This document shows positions 13,795-26,300 of a stretch of 64,000 nucleotides of DNA, piece after piece. This stretch comes from Laetmonice hystrix. Lineage: Eukaryota. Numbering within the stretch: the first letter of the stretch is position 1; each line of letters starts with the position of its first letter. Under the pieces are notes generated by a model. It saw nothing but the letters and a program-made list of their open reading frames with translations. It searched no databases and was not told where the DNA came from. The stretch spans positions 23,252,001-23,316,000 of the forward strand of contig OZ249436.1 in assembly GCA_965235115.1 (NCBI GenBank). The letters run 5' to 3'. Position numbers and translations under genes: made by a program.

Positions 13795-14221
13795 TATGGC
13801 ATGATCAGAGTTTACATCATAATCGAGATAATCATAATTTACGTCAAGTATATGAACGGCATTTAGATAACATCTGTCATTAACATTATCTACGTCATGT
13901 ACGTCAAGACTGTCACTTACATCACATACGTCATGGCAATTCACGTCATGGCTTTAATCATAAAATCATCTATATCAGCAGGTAAATATAACAACAAATC
14001 CTTCATCTCTGTAATATTTCCTAAGCACGTTACATTGAATGACGAGGGGAATGGCATGTTGGATTTCGTGCAGTCATGGTGACTAGTTTGTATTGATAAG
14101 GTACTACACTTACATAGCCTATACATTTTATAAGTCAACATGAAGAAATATGCTTCACATGTAAAAAAACAACCTAACGCAACAATACCGGTAAGCGTCA
14201 TATTGGGAAAAGAGTGGCACT

Positions 14222-14354
14222 CTAGCTCTTGAACATGTCGCAGAGAAGCTTCTCCATGGGTGTACTGCCAATGGTGCGGCTGAAGAAGAGACTCGCCACC
14301 CGATCAGAGGACACGTATCGAAGGTAGGGCAGCATAAGTAGAAGTCGGCCGAAT
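14222..14354 (-). CDS. NR2E3: NR2E3 exon 9 (LBD end, AF-2, stop)
   Basis: Acceptor tttacttcag. Encodes [44 protein letters not shown] then TAG. Confidence 0.96.
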
Positions 14355-17300
14355 CTGAAGTAAATGGGATAGCAAGGCCCTCATAGTGCAGTAGACAACC
14401 CCCAAAAAGGGTGAAACATAAATTGCAGTTACTGCTACGATTTTTTGCTGCAATGAAGCAATAAGGTGGTCTTTTTCATGAAGCCAACAGGTGCCGATCC
14501 GGCACGGTTGAACCTTTTTTCTTAATTTAGGTAGCCATTCCTAAAACCATATTTTTTTCAATATCTTTGTAAATATTTACATCAGTTTAAAATATGTGGT
14601 ATCTAGTCCCCCTCCTTTCTTTGGAAGACCCTTAGTGCCACACGGTTGATAATAATTATATTTTCTGGCAGCCGCCAGATAAATTTACTGGCGGCTGCTG
14701 TTTCGGCGCAAGTATTACACTGACATATTCGATGTCGTCTTTTTCATTAATGAGCAAATCCATGGTTCCGGCTTAACAGTTTCAAGTGACCCCCCCCCCC
14801 CATTCAACATACCCCCGGTCATCTGAACCGAGGTTCAAATGCCCAGACACACAACCCAATTTACGCCCAATATTATGATACGTCCGATTTTTCTCCATAG
14901 GAAAACTACGGAGAAAACTCGGCCGTAAATCGGTCTATGTATCTGAGCATTTACCGTAACCGTAACCGACGATAGATGTTCTATCCAAGGGTATCAGGAT
15001 TTAGCATCCCGTTTATTTTCAGAATGTCTGGGAAGAGAATATTGTCTAGCGATCCGTCACATTATGCCCTGTCTGTACCCGCCGGTTTCAAGAAACGGAC
15101 CACCTGTTGGATTTATTTAAGGAAAAAATGATCGCTGTAATACTACATTAACGGTTCTTGATCAGGTCCCCTGGCCCTGGTTTTTAGTTTGCAAACCGAG
15201 TCTTAAGATTCAAATCTTGAACTCTTGTTTCAGAGCTTCAGAGATTGGTCCTTCAAATGAAGTCAGCCAATGAGAGACCATAACACAAGTCAGTCTTATA
15301 ATTTCAGTCTTAAGATTGGTAAAATGACGAACTAAAAACCGGGCCCTGAGCCTTGTTTCATAAACAGTCAAAAAAATACAATACGAAAAAATAATAGCGA
15401 AAAATGTCGCGAGAACGATCCACGAGGACACACCAAGCATAATCACTCTCTACTTTTGTTAGATTTTCGCTATTTCTAAGGTTTTCGTTGTTGGGGCTCA
15501 TTGATTTGGTCTCATACTGTCTCCTCACGGGATAAAACGGAGGTCACAAATCCCCTAGCAATGCCGTGCAGTGTCCTTGTCAGGGCGGTACAGCCGTAGA
15601 AAGAGGTCGTCGTCAAAACCGGTAAGGGATTGGGTATATCCCCCGTGGTAACTTCGACCCCACGAAATTTTGTCGGAAGTAAAGATCCATATCCCCGACC
15701 TATCCCTAACTCCTAACCTCGGTCCCTACACCTCTTAAAGACATAATGTCCCTATCCCTATCCCTGGCCTTAACCCGAACCATAACCCCCAGAAATTTGT
15801 CTGGGACTGGAAGGAATAACCAGGGGTTGGCACAAGGAAAAATCTAATACTCACATTCCAGGTGATCGTTAATTTGGAAGGTTCTATTCTACTAAAAACG
15901 GACAAAAAATGAACAAAGGAATTTTATTACACCTTTTTACCTTTTTCGTTAGTACCGTTATACTTACCAATAACTAAATATTATGACACCAAAGCCTCTG
16001 TTATTCATTGATAACGAACATTTCGTTGTTTATGAAAAAGGCCTAGCTGAACTATCGAAGAAGATTAATGCAACACCACAAAGGAGAAGACAGGAACGAA
16101 CCCTGGGTGGGTTAGGGTAAGAGAGGGGGTTGGTACTAACCTGACAGGGGTGGCTGGGTGCTGGGCCCGAGTATGCTGGGCTAACATCACCTGGGCCTGG
16201 TCTTGAAGATTCTCCACCTGAGGGGGGTCCTTCAGCCCGCGTGTGTCTGAACAAGTTATGAATTGAAAAATATAGGGGTTTGCACAAATATACCATCAAA
16301 TAAATTGATAATACATTGCTGAATAATGGATTAAACCTACATGAATTAATTAATTAATCTATTAATTCCTATAAAATAGGAAGAAAATCGTTATGTCGGT
16401 ATGACCCTTTTAGGTATGTTGTTCTGTTTTGGTCTACCACTTATCAGGATACCTTGTTATTGCTGAGAAGAAATTAATGTTCTGATAATGTTCATTTTGA
16501 AGGGACTATAATAATATCATTGGTTGTTGAGTCTAGAAAAGGAAGGAAAAGCTGGCAGCCTAGAGCAGCAGAACTTATAGCTGACATTCTGAGTCAAGCG
16601 GGAGGGTGGTCACATTGTGACGACAGTCTCGACTGCTGGTATGGATTATTCTATAATCTCTCGTGTTCATGATCAAACGACTGTTGCTGGAAACGGACGC
16701 CGCATTTCTATAACGACATTGACAAATAACCGGATTTAGCGACTTACGCATGCGCTGGTTGAAGATGCATGAAAGCGAGGCCGCGCCAGGCGGGCCCCGG
16801 CTGCGAACCCCGTGCCATCTGATGACGATGATTAGACAAATCGTTTTATTTCTGCTGTTTGCGTGCCAGTAACGAACTGATGAGCTCTAATCCGATTTGG
16901 TTTGCCCTACCGATCACAATTAATTACGTCCGATAGATCTTTCGAAAATGTCAAGGAAACGGGAATCGGGGAACATCGAACCAGTGCCACCAATTCCTTC
17001 ATGTTGGCATGGCCTTTGGCATGGTCGCTTTCAGATGTGTTTGATAGCTAGGGCAGGCAATTCACAGCCGGAGATACGTATAAAAGGCCTACATTGTTTG
17101 TGCATTATGAAATTTCAGGTCGTGCTCTAAGATTTGATTTATTGTGTAATACTCCAAGGGAACTCCCTTTGGGACATATGGCCGTGTCAAGTTCTCAGGT
17201 ATACATGCAAGAATCAGTTTCACGTAATCCATGTGTGATATTTAGTTCTACTTATATAATCCGTATTTTCTCCTTAACTATACAGATCCGAAATATATAT

Positions 17301-20300
17301 CATCAGCGAATTATGAAAACAATTTTCCAAGCGCATCTAAAATAGTCTTTGAAACGCTTCTATAATGGTATATAGATCTATACGTATAAAATTATTAGGC
17401 CGATATGTTGATACGCCAAATATGTTGTATAAGCCAAAAGTTCATGGCTAGAAAGGGCGTTGGGTATCACGGCTAGGGCCTGACCGTATGACACGCACCG
17501 ATAGTGTGTATACATAGAGAAAAATACTCTATAACCCATGTCACCCCTGTCCCCATCAATCTTTCTCTACCATGTAAAATGGGAAATCTGGCGTGATGGG
17601 AGGTGTGCATTATATACCTGGTTTGAAGAGAGCCACGGCCTTGAGACAAGCGAACTCGGCGGGATCGACCTGCACAGCCTTGAACCTTGCCGTCACTTCC
17701 TGTAAGATGCGGACGTCAGCTAAAGTTGCAGCTGTCTTTCCGTTTGGGGCATTCTGTGCATGCTCAGTGGCAGACAGAAGCGGGCACGAATCCATCGGCA
17801 TGCTCCATTGTATTGCGCATAAAAGGAAAAGTTCTGACCATGTCTCCTCCAGTAAAATTACCTTGAAGAAAATGAAAGAAACAATTAAGTGGAAACGCAA
17901 TAAATTCATAGTGCATGGCTCCAATGAATATAAATAATTAAAATAGACAGTGATCTAAACTGCTATCAATGCTCACAATAATCAAAAGTTTGGCCATGCA
18001 TGCATACAATCTGCCTGCAACCTTGATTATTGCATTATGACTCTGCCCGCACATCCCTCGACACTGTTGAGGTCAGCTCACCTGGTCTCTGAAGGGGAGA
18101 TTGGCGAATGACGGTAGATTCTTGGTCCACTTGACAGCCATAAAAAGAAGCCGAGCAGAACACTCGTAGATCGTCTCGTGGCCTGCCCCATAAATGGCGC
18201 TCTCGGCGTACGGCGTCAACGTCATGGGCGCTGGCATCCGGTCGGTTTCTGAGACGCTTGTGACGTCAATGTTCTCCTCGCTGAGACCTAAGAGAAAAGT
18301 AACCCAGGTCAGCCACAACAGATGATGTAAAAAATCAGATACTGCGAAATTCTTCATGAATCAGACACAACGGAGGTCATCAGTAATCAGAAACAACTGA
18401 AGTCGTTATAGATCCGACAGAACAGAGCAGTTGTCGCAATCGGATACAATTACTGAAAACAGATTTTACAAAAGGGCGGGGTTCATAATTTTTGCTAGAA
18501 GGTTACTTCACATGGACTTTTAGTACAGGATTTCTTGCAAAGGGAAGAGTATTGGGTTCGTCTCTAATAATCCGTGTGATAAAATTCAAACCATAACCAC
18601 AGAAGATTTGGAAACACTACAACACAACTACCATCCAGGGTAAAAATGTAGCTTAAGTTAAAAAATTAGGCGAGGGCTGGGGTTTTACCCTCCATAAAGT
18701 CCTATTAATTCTAGTTTCTGATTGTTTTTCTTTCTGCAATGGAAATAAATACAAAATGGGCAGCATAAAAGAACCACTACAATTATGCCAAAGATCACGC
18801 TTATTTCTGCCTTTTTCTGGTGTCATTTTCTGGCATTAGGCATGTCTTTGTGCCCCGTGACGCATGCGGCAGATAAAGTTATATAGCGACACGTACTGTG
18901 GTCGTCTGTCTCCAGTTTGGTAGAGGTTTCGGCCGACATGAGGCCGGTCATGAAGCGGTGGTTATGGCCGGGGGTGAAGGCAGGGTGGGTGGCCGACACA
19001 GTCGTGTTGGAGGCAGCCAACGGGTTCTCTAGCTCGCGATCTAGCTGGTCCTGGCGCACCTGAGCGCTGTTCCTAGGTTGGCGTTCATTTTGGACGGCTG
19101 CAAGCCATCAATAACATGCGTCAGGCCACTCTATATATGCCGACATTAAAAGGGTTGTTCAAAATAGTAACGCCAAAATGAAGCGTATGTCACCTAATCC
19201 GGGTACCCCCCTCCTATCCTCTCCTGGAATGAGGCATTCCGCAACTGTAAGATGCGCACTTCGTTCCGCAGCACCTCGCCTGCTCGTTACGTAAGTTTTG
19301 AACTGCCCCCTCACTGAATGATGCTTTTCACTTATGTAGAAATTTTATATACAGTGTTTGTTATACAGAAACGTCTATAGGCCTAGGAGAGATGGTTTTC
19401 GGTTCCCCCTCTGACATCAACAGTGATCATGAAGTACGGTAGATTGGTTCCGCTTTATATACCTCTCACAGCATGTCATGGACGTCAATACAATTAAACA
19501 TAGTTTGCTGTTTGTTGTATTAGAAATATTGAAACGTTTAAATATGCCATGTTTGCCCACTCCCTCGGCCTCGCCTACAAAGGTCATGCTGCCGCCACAA
19601 CCTTTAACCTTCGGACCGAAGAGCTCGTGTAGAATATTATGGTAACGTCTGGTGGTTTGGCAATGAACAGTTCTTCTGTTATATGCTACGTCATGCAAGT
19701 AGAAATTGGACAGTCCACCATGAGGAATGTGTTTAGAGCTTGGATTGGCCAGTGGGCACCTAATCATGTCACGTGATGACACCCCTTGTGTTTGACTGGT
19801 CGAGATGAGGTGAGGAATAAACTTCCGGGATATGTGGTGATATTTCCTAAAGATATATGATACGACATCACCAAATGTAGGGGTTAAAACAGGGCGACAC
19901 ATTGAAACCATTCGACCGAAATTCAAGGCGTTTTAACAGTCCACGTCCAGTTATAGTCTCTCCCTCCCGCTTCCAGGTCTTCGTTCACAGATTTCGCTCA
20001 AAGGACCTGCGCTGTGACTGCTTTGGTAAATATGTTCAGAACTGCAGACCAGTGTGCGGTCGAATTACATTGTTAGACTACGACAGACGGGCTCATTGAC
20101 AGATGACAAGTGTTAAAAGTGGCGACGCCTGGTGCCCACCTTCCAAGCTCCGGACACTCAGTCCCCATGGCGTCCGTGTACACCTACCTATACAGGTGCG
20201 GAGAGCGCCTTTATGGGCCCATTTGAGCACACCTTAAAAACATTTCGACAGGTTTTACAGTTCATATCAGAATACAGTGGTAAAGGAAAGTATATACGAG

Positions 20301-23300
20301 ACGGTAGCCTTGGGTTTGCATCGTGAAAGGGCAGTGGGCAAACATAGAACACATTTTGGATTGAGTGGTTCTAAACAGTTAGAACAAGACGTATAGATGA
20401 TGTACACAGAATGACATCCTATCGATGGTGTTTTTTCTACTGTCATTTCCACCGGAATTGTATATAGTTATATCACTCTGCCAACGTCATATGAGCACTG
20501 AGATCAAACGAGCCTTCCCATTCCCTGGTCGTAACTGATTTTCCGTTTGAACTATTTTAACTCTATTTCTTGAAAGTAACATTCATCATCACAACATCTG
20601 AAAGAGAATGTTAAAAGCAGAGCTTATACTGTAGCGTACTGTTCCCCAAAGGCAATATTTCTAGCCCCCTTCAGTGCCCCGCAGTCCTGATCCCCCCGAT
20701 CTCCCGTCACTGCGTCCCATTTGCCTCACCGGACTTAGAGGTATTAGCGTTTTGACGAGCCCGATTTAATAATGAAATTACTCGCCAGAAATCGCAGCCT
20801 GGCGAGCGGCCAAGGGCCGCGCAGTTAATGCCGGTGGTGCGCGCCTCCCTCCCCGACGTAATACCACGACTATCCGCCGTGCCATAGATTTTAGGGCGGA
20901 CGTCAGAGCTCGCCTCCCTCCGCTGCCTGAGGCCGTAAGTCACCGGGCCCCACCGTCAGTACCCTCATTATCCAAGGATCAACTTGAAACAAAAGTAACG
21001 ACAGAACGGAGCCCGCGCCGGTATTAGTCTGTGCGGCGTTCACGGCCGTCCGATCTACTACCAACCCTCCCATTTGTTATACTACTCATAGCGTCCTGTT
21101 GACAGCCCCGAGGGGGCTGGCGGGCGTGTTATCAAGGTCAATGGGAATCAGCGTAAAGGTCAACCAACTAATATCACAGCAAAGACATTTCTATCGTTTA
21201 CATGTCATGTATATATCTTAAGTAAGAGATTAGTCGGGGAGATCGCTGATGTATATAGGCCAGTGTATATAAAATCAGTCGGGCACTAGGCGACCAACAT
21301 AGTAGTAGTAATTTGTGTGGAACCATTCTATGCATTTTCCTCATTAAGATATCTCATTCTATGTTATTAATATGTTGTCCTGCATTTGAAGGTTATTTAT
21401 TGAGTATTAAACATCGCGAAGCCACAATATTCGGTGCAATCTTACAATTATTAGATGACAGTGTATAGAGTACAGTTTTCCATGCGCTTCCCAGGTTCCG
21501 AAAGCCCCCGTCACCATATCATATCCTGTGTTACCGAAAGAACCTTCGCTCTTTTGATGCTATCTATCAATCCATGACATGCGATCGGATGTAGTAAGTG
21601 ATATGAACCATTATTTCCCAGGGCGCTTGACATGATGTAAAACGCCTCATTCTTGCAAGCTGCCTGCATGCTCATGGCGCAGCTGTGGCCCAGCAGCTGT
21701 CAGGACCAGCCCCGGCCGCCAACTGCATGCTACCTCATCCCCGGAAACTGCTACTGTGGTTAGAAATCACAATTTCCTCAGGCACATTTCACTCGATGTA
21801 ATTAACATCGCAGTTTATTTCCTCCACACGACACAAACATTTGAGCACCTCAATTGGCTACGTCGCCTTCAATGACCCGAGCTGTTCCCCATCGGATGTC
21901 GTCCTCATGTAAATTGCATGAATGTCGCTCTGATCTATGCCTCCAATGGCGACGGGGCCATTGTCAACAAATGAGTTATAGACTTCCCGCCGGTAATGCA
22001 ATTACTTGTCATCTGTCGGCCGTCAGGCGACGAGCACCGGCGCGGGACATTGACACGCCACTCATCCCATCCCGCTACAATCAGACACGCCACCCCAGCC
22101 GACACGAACCATCCCGCTACAATCAGACACGGCACTGCGGCCGACACGAACCATCCCGCTACAATCAGACACGGCACCCCAGCCGACACGAACCATCCCA
22201 CCACAGACAGACACGGCACCCCAGCCGACACGAACCATCCCACCACAGACTGACACGGCACCCCAGCCGACACGAACCATCCCACCACAGACTGACACGG
22301 CACCCCAGCCGACACGAACCATCCCACCACAGACAGACACGGCACCCCAGCCGACACGAACCATCCCACCACAGACTGACACGGCACCCCAGCCGACACG
22401 AACCATCCCACCACAGACTGACACGGCACCCCAGCCGACACGAACCATCCCACCACAGACTGACACGGCACCCCAGCCGACACGAACCATCCCACAACAG
22501 ACTGACACGGCACCCCAGCCGACACGAACCATCCCACCACAGACTGACACGGCACCCCAGCCGACACGAACCATCCCACAACAGACTGACACGGCACCCC
22601 AGCCGACACGAACCATCCCACCACAGACAGACACGGCACCCCAGCCGACACGAACCATGCCACCACAGACTGACACGGCACCCCAGCCGACACGAACCAT
22701 CCCACCACAGACTGACACGGCACCCCAGCCGACACGAACCATCCCACCACAGACTGACACGGCACCCCAGCCGACACGAACCATGCCACCACAGACTGAC
22801 ACGGCACCCCAGCCGACACGAACCATCCCACCACAGACTGACACGGCACCCCAGCCGACACGAACCATCCCACCACAGACAGACACGCCACCCCGGCCGA
22901 CACGAACCATCCCACCACAGACAGACACGGCACCCCAGCCGACACGAACCATCCCACCACAGACTGACACGCCACCCCAGCCGACACGAACCATCCCACC
23001 ACAGACTGACACGGCACCCCAGCCGACACGAACCATCCCACCACAGACAGACACGGCACCCCAGCCGACACGAACCATCCCACAACAGACTGACACGCCA
23101 CCCCGGCCGACACGAACCATCCCACCACAGACAGACACGGCACCCCAGCCGACACGGCCCGTCCCACCACAGACAGACACGGCTTCTTCAGCATCATAAT
23201 ACTGGCACTGGTCGACGCATATATGCTAGGTTCCCACTATCACGATTCGCGCTACGATTGAAATCGTAGTCTAATCGTGGAGTAATCGTGGTGATCCTAT

Positions 23301-26300
23301 CAGATCTTATCAAATGTTGAGGTCAGTCGTGGCAATCTTGTTGATCGTAGAAAAGTTTTCGCCGGTTCAAAAATTTTCTACGGTCAACACGATTAATTGT
23401 CAATCGTGATCATCGCATCAGATCGTATTGGATCGTGATGATCGTATCCGAACATATCAGAACTTATCTGCACGTACCAGATCGTCCCAAATCGGGGACC
23501 CCGATCGTGATGATCGTGTTAGATCGGGACCCAATCGTGGACTCAATCAGGACAATCACCTCGTATCCAAACGTGACATTTCAGAGAAGTAATTTCAAAA
23601 TTCCACGATCAGCTACGAATGGCCAATCGTAGTGTTCGTAACGCATCGCACGACAGTGGGAACCTATAATGGCATTATAAGTTCCGGTGGGCGGATGTCG
23701 GTTCTCAGGGATCGTCATCTGACAGTCAAATTTTTAACCATGGCCCACTTAGAACTGGACTGGAGAATGGTACTCTTGGCCTGCCAGATCCAGAGCCCCT
23801 GTCACATGATGACTGGGCTGGGCTGGGAGGTGGAGTCGTGGGAGGTGGGCTCACTATCTGGCGCTTCGGCTTCGGGGTTGTCATCGTCGTTCTCTGCCGG
23901 AGGAAGCTGGCCAAGCTACGAGCTGATTGGCCGATGGACGATGTGCTTCTTGAGGAAGCCGAGATTGGGCATCGCCCACTTCTGTCTGACTGTCCAGAGT
24001 TTGCTAGCCTGGCCACTCTTTCTTTTCAGCACCTTGCCCTGTATGGTCCTCTGTGAGCGATACCACAACTTGATCACTGCCACTGTAAAGAAGGAAATAT
24101 CAAATTTAGTTCAATTAATAATAAAAAAAGAAATTTATAATTACAACATTAACTTGAAACATGGTAATACATTATAAATTACAAACCAAAACAAACAAAA
24201 AATACAAGAAATAACAATACAAGAAATAACAATACTCAATACAACAATTAAATTGGAAAATGGAAATAAATTTGAAATTAAAATGATATTGAAGTAAGAC
24301 TTACCATTTAAATTCATGGAGGCAGCTTTTTCTTGCAGGAGACGTTCTTTATTCTGGGCGTTCTTGAAGTCAAATCTACCTTTGTCATAGAAGATAGCAT
24401 GTTCTCAATAGAACTCTGCTAGTTCCTGTTCCACACGTGGGGGGAGCTCAGGTACCTTTGATTTGCCAGTTTCAGGGTCTGGGTCCTCCCCCTCCCCCTC
24501 CCCTTCCCCTCCTCCTCCTCCTCCTCCTCCTGCTCCTGCTCCTGCCCCTGCTCCTCCTCCTCCGCCTCCTCCTCCCCATGATCAGTTGGATCCCCCAGCT
24601 CCAGTGGTGGAACAGAAGGCTGCTCAACTGGCTGCTCGGTTGTGGGCGGCTCTGCTGGTCGCTCTGGGGGCTCCTCTGCTACTTTCTGTCTCTTTTCATT
24701 GCCTTTCTGCTTCGGCATCGCTTGTGTTGTCTTTTTCCGCGGCATCTTGTGCGTACTTCGGAATATCAGCGTTGATCTGACGAGATCCAAATTCAGGCGG
24801 GTTTAAATAAATGCTCGCGCGACCACTCGTACGATGAATTGCATCATCGTGCAACCGGTCTTATCCAAACGTCCGACCAATCGCATGGTCGCACGTCCAA
24901 TCGCACAATCATGCGATCGATCATACTAGGAGCAAGGCTGACGTCAGTTCGGTCGCAATTGCTCGTGAAACACTCGCATGTAAACGCACGATCAATCGCA
25001 CGAGCGTATGCGCCATGGTCTTGCAACGGTCGCTCACGCTCTCTCCGGTTGAACGACCACTGTTGCATTTGTGAAAGCTTTTCCGAGCAAACTGCGATTC
25101 ACACCTTTCCAACTGTGAAAGGGGCTTTATGTACCAGGCATTATTCTCATTAATTGTCTAAGACTGTTAATGAGGACGCGAATCCGGCTGAGGTCGAGTT
25201 GGGAGTTGACACTCTCAGTTTCTCAACTCGAAGATCGCCTTTCTCAAAACAGCGGACAACAGTGCTACATAGATTATCACCTCTTGAACTCCCACAATTC
25301 CGGAAGCACTAGAATCTTATTTTACCCCCACTCCATGTCATTCGTAAAAAAAAGTTTTATTTTGGGCAATGATAGTGAAAAAGTGGGTTCAAGGCCAACT
25401 CAGCATTTCCACGTTCTGTGCGGCCAAAACAACACGAATGCCCAGGCGCACATGTATAATTTGTATGCCAAGTGGGTCAACGAAGACCATTTGGGTTGAA
25501 GGGGTCACTCGGGGGGGGGGGGTAAAATTCTCAGAATTTCACGGAAAACGATGGTTATATGTCTATATTCTAATGCCAATAACCTCATATGTATCTCTAC
25601 TATATATTAACAGCGAAAAAGCGAAAAACTGCCGGTTTCACACGAATTGCCCCTGTAATATCGACCCAACTCGTTGTTTTACATTTTTTACCCAAATTTT
25701 GAACCTAACAGCTGTAAGACAATCGTGGGGTTACGAAATAACTCAAGAAGGGGCAAGATAGCTCTGACTCCCCCAACCAAAGATCGATAGTTAGAATCAT
25801 CCCAGCTGAATTCAAGCTTATATTTGAGGCATTTCTGGACTGTGCCCTCAACATCCCAAGCTAGTTTATGCATGATATGATTCCATTAGCAAGCCCAATA
25901 CTATGCAACTGGAAATCAATGTGGGATAATGAAGGCGCGAGATTATAGGTGGCGCTCAAGTCGGCCAAAATGTAAAATTTGGTGGTTTTGGGGAGCGCAT
26001 ATCTCAATGCGCCCCCATCAGATTTGAATGAAATATTTTTTATCAGGCAGCCCTGTATGTCTACTAACTGTCACATAAAGATTATAGTGGTGTTCAGCTG
26101 TATTAACCCTTTTCTGACCATCGCAATGTGGTTAAGTTTACAAACACGAATTTGTGTTTACATCCAAGATGGCCGCCAAGCGGCCATTTTGAAGAATATC
26201 AAAAATCTGTTTGACGTGAACCATCCTCAGATCATCCCTGATCATTGTGTGAAGTTTAAAAGAAATCGACCCATACACTTCTGAGTAATCGCTGTCAATG

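Noticed and set aside
21854..23269. Long ORFs (471, 420, 372, 306, 180 aa) and a possible CRISPR-like array
   Set aside because: All derive from the 42-bp tandem repeat. There are no unique spacers and no cas genes, and the context is a eukaryotic intron.
24437..24780. Plus-strand poly-Leu / poly-Pro ORFs
   Set aside because: Antisense shadows of the Glu-rich tract of the MADF pseudogene.
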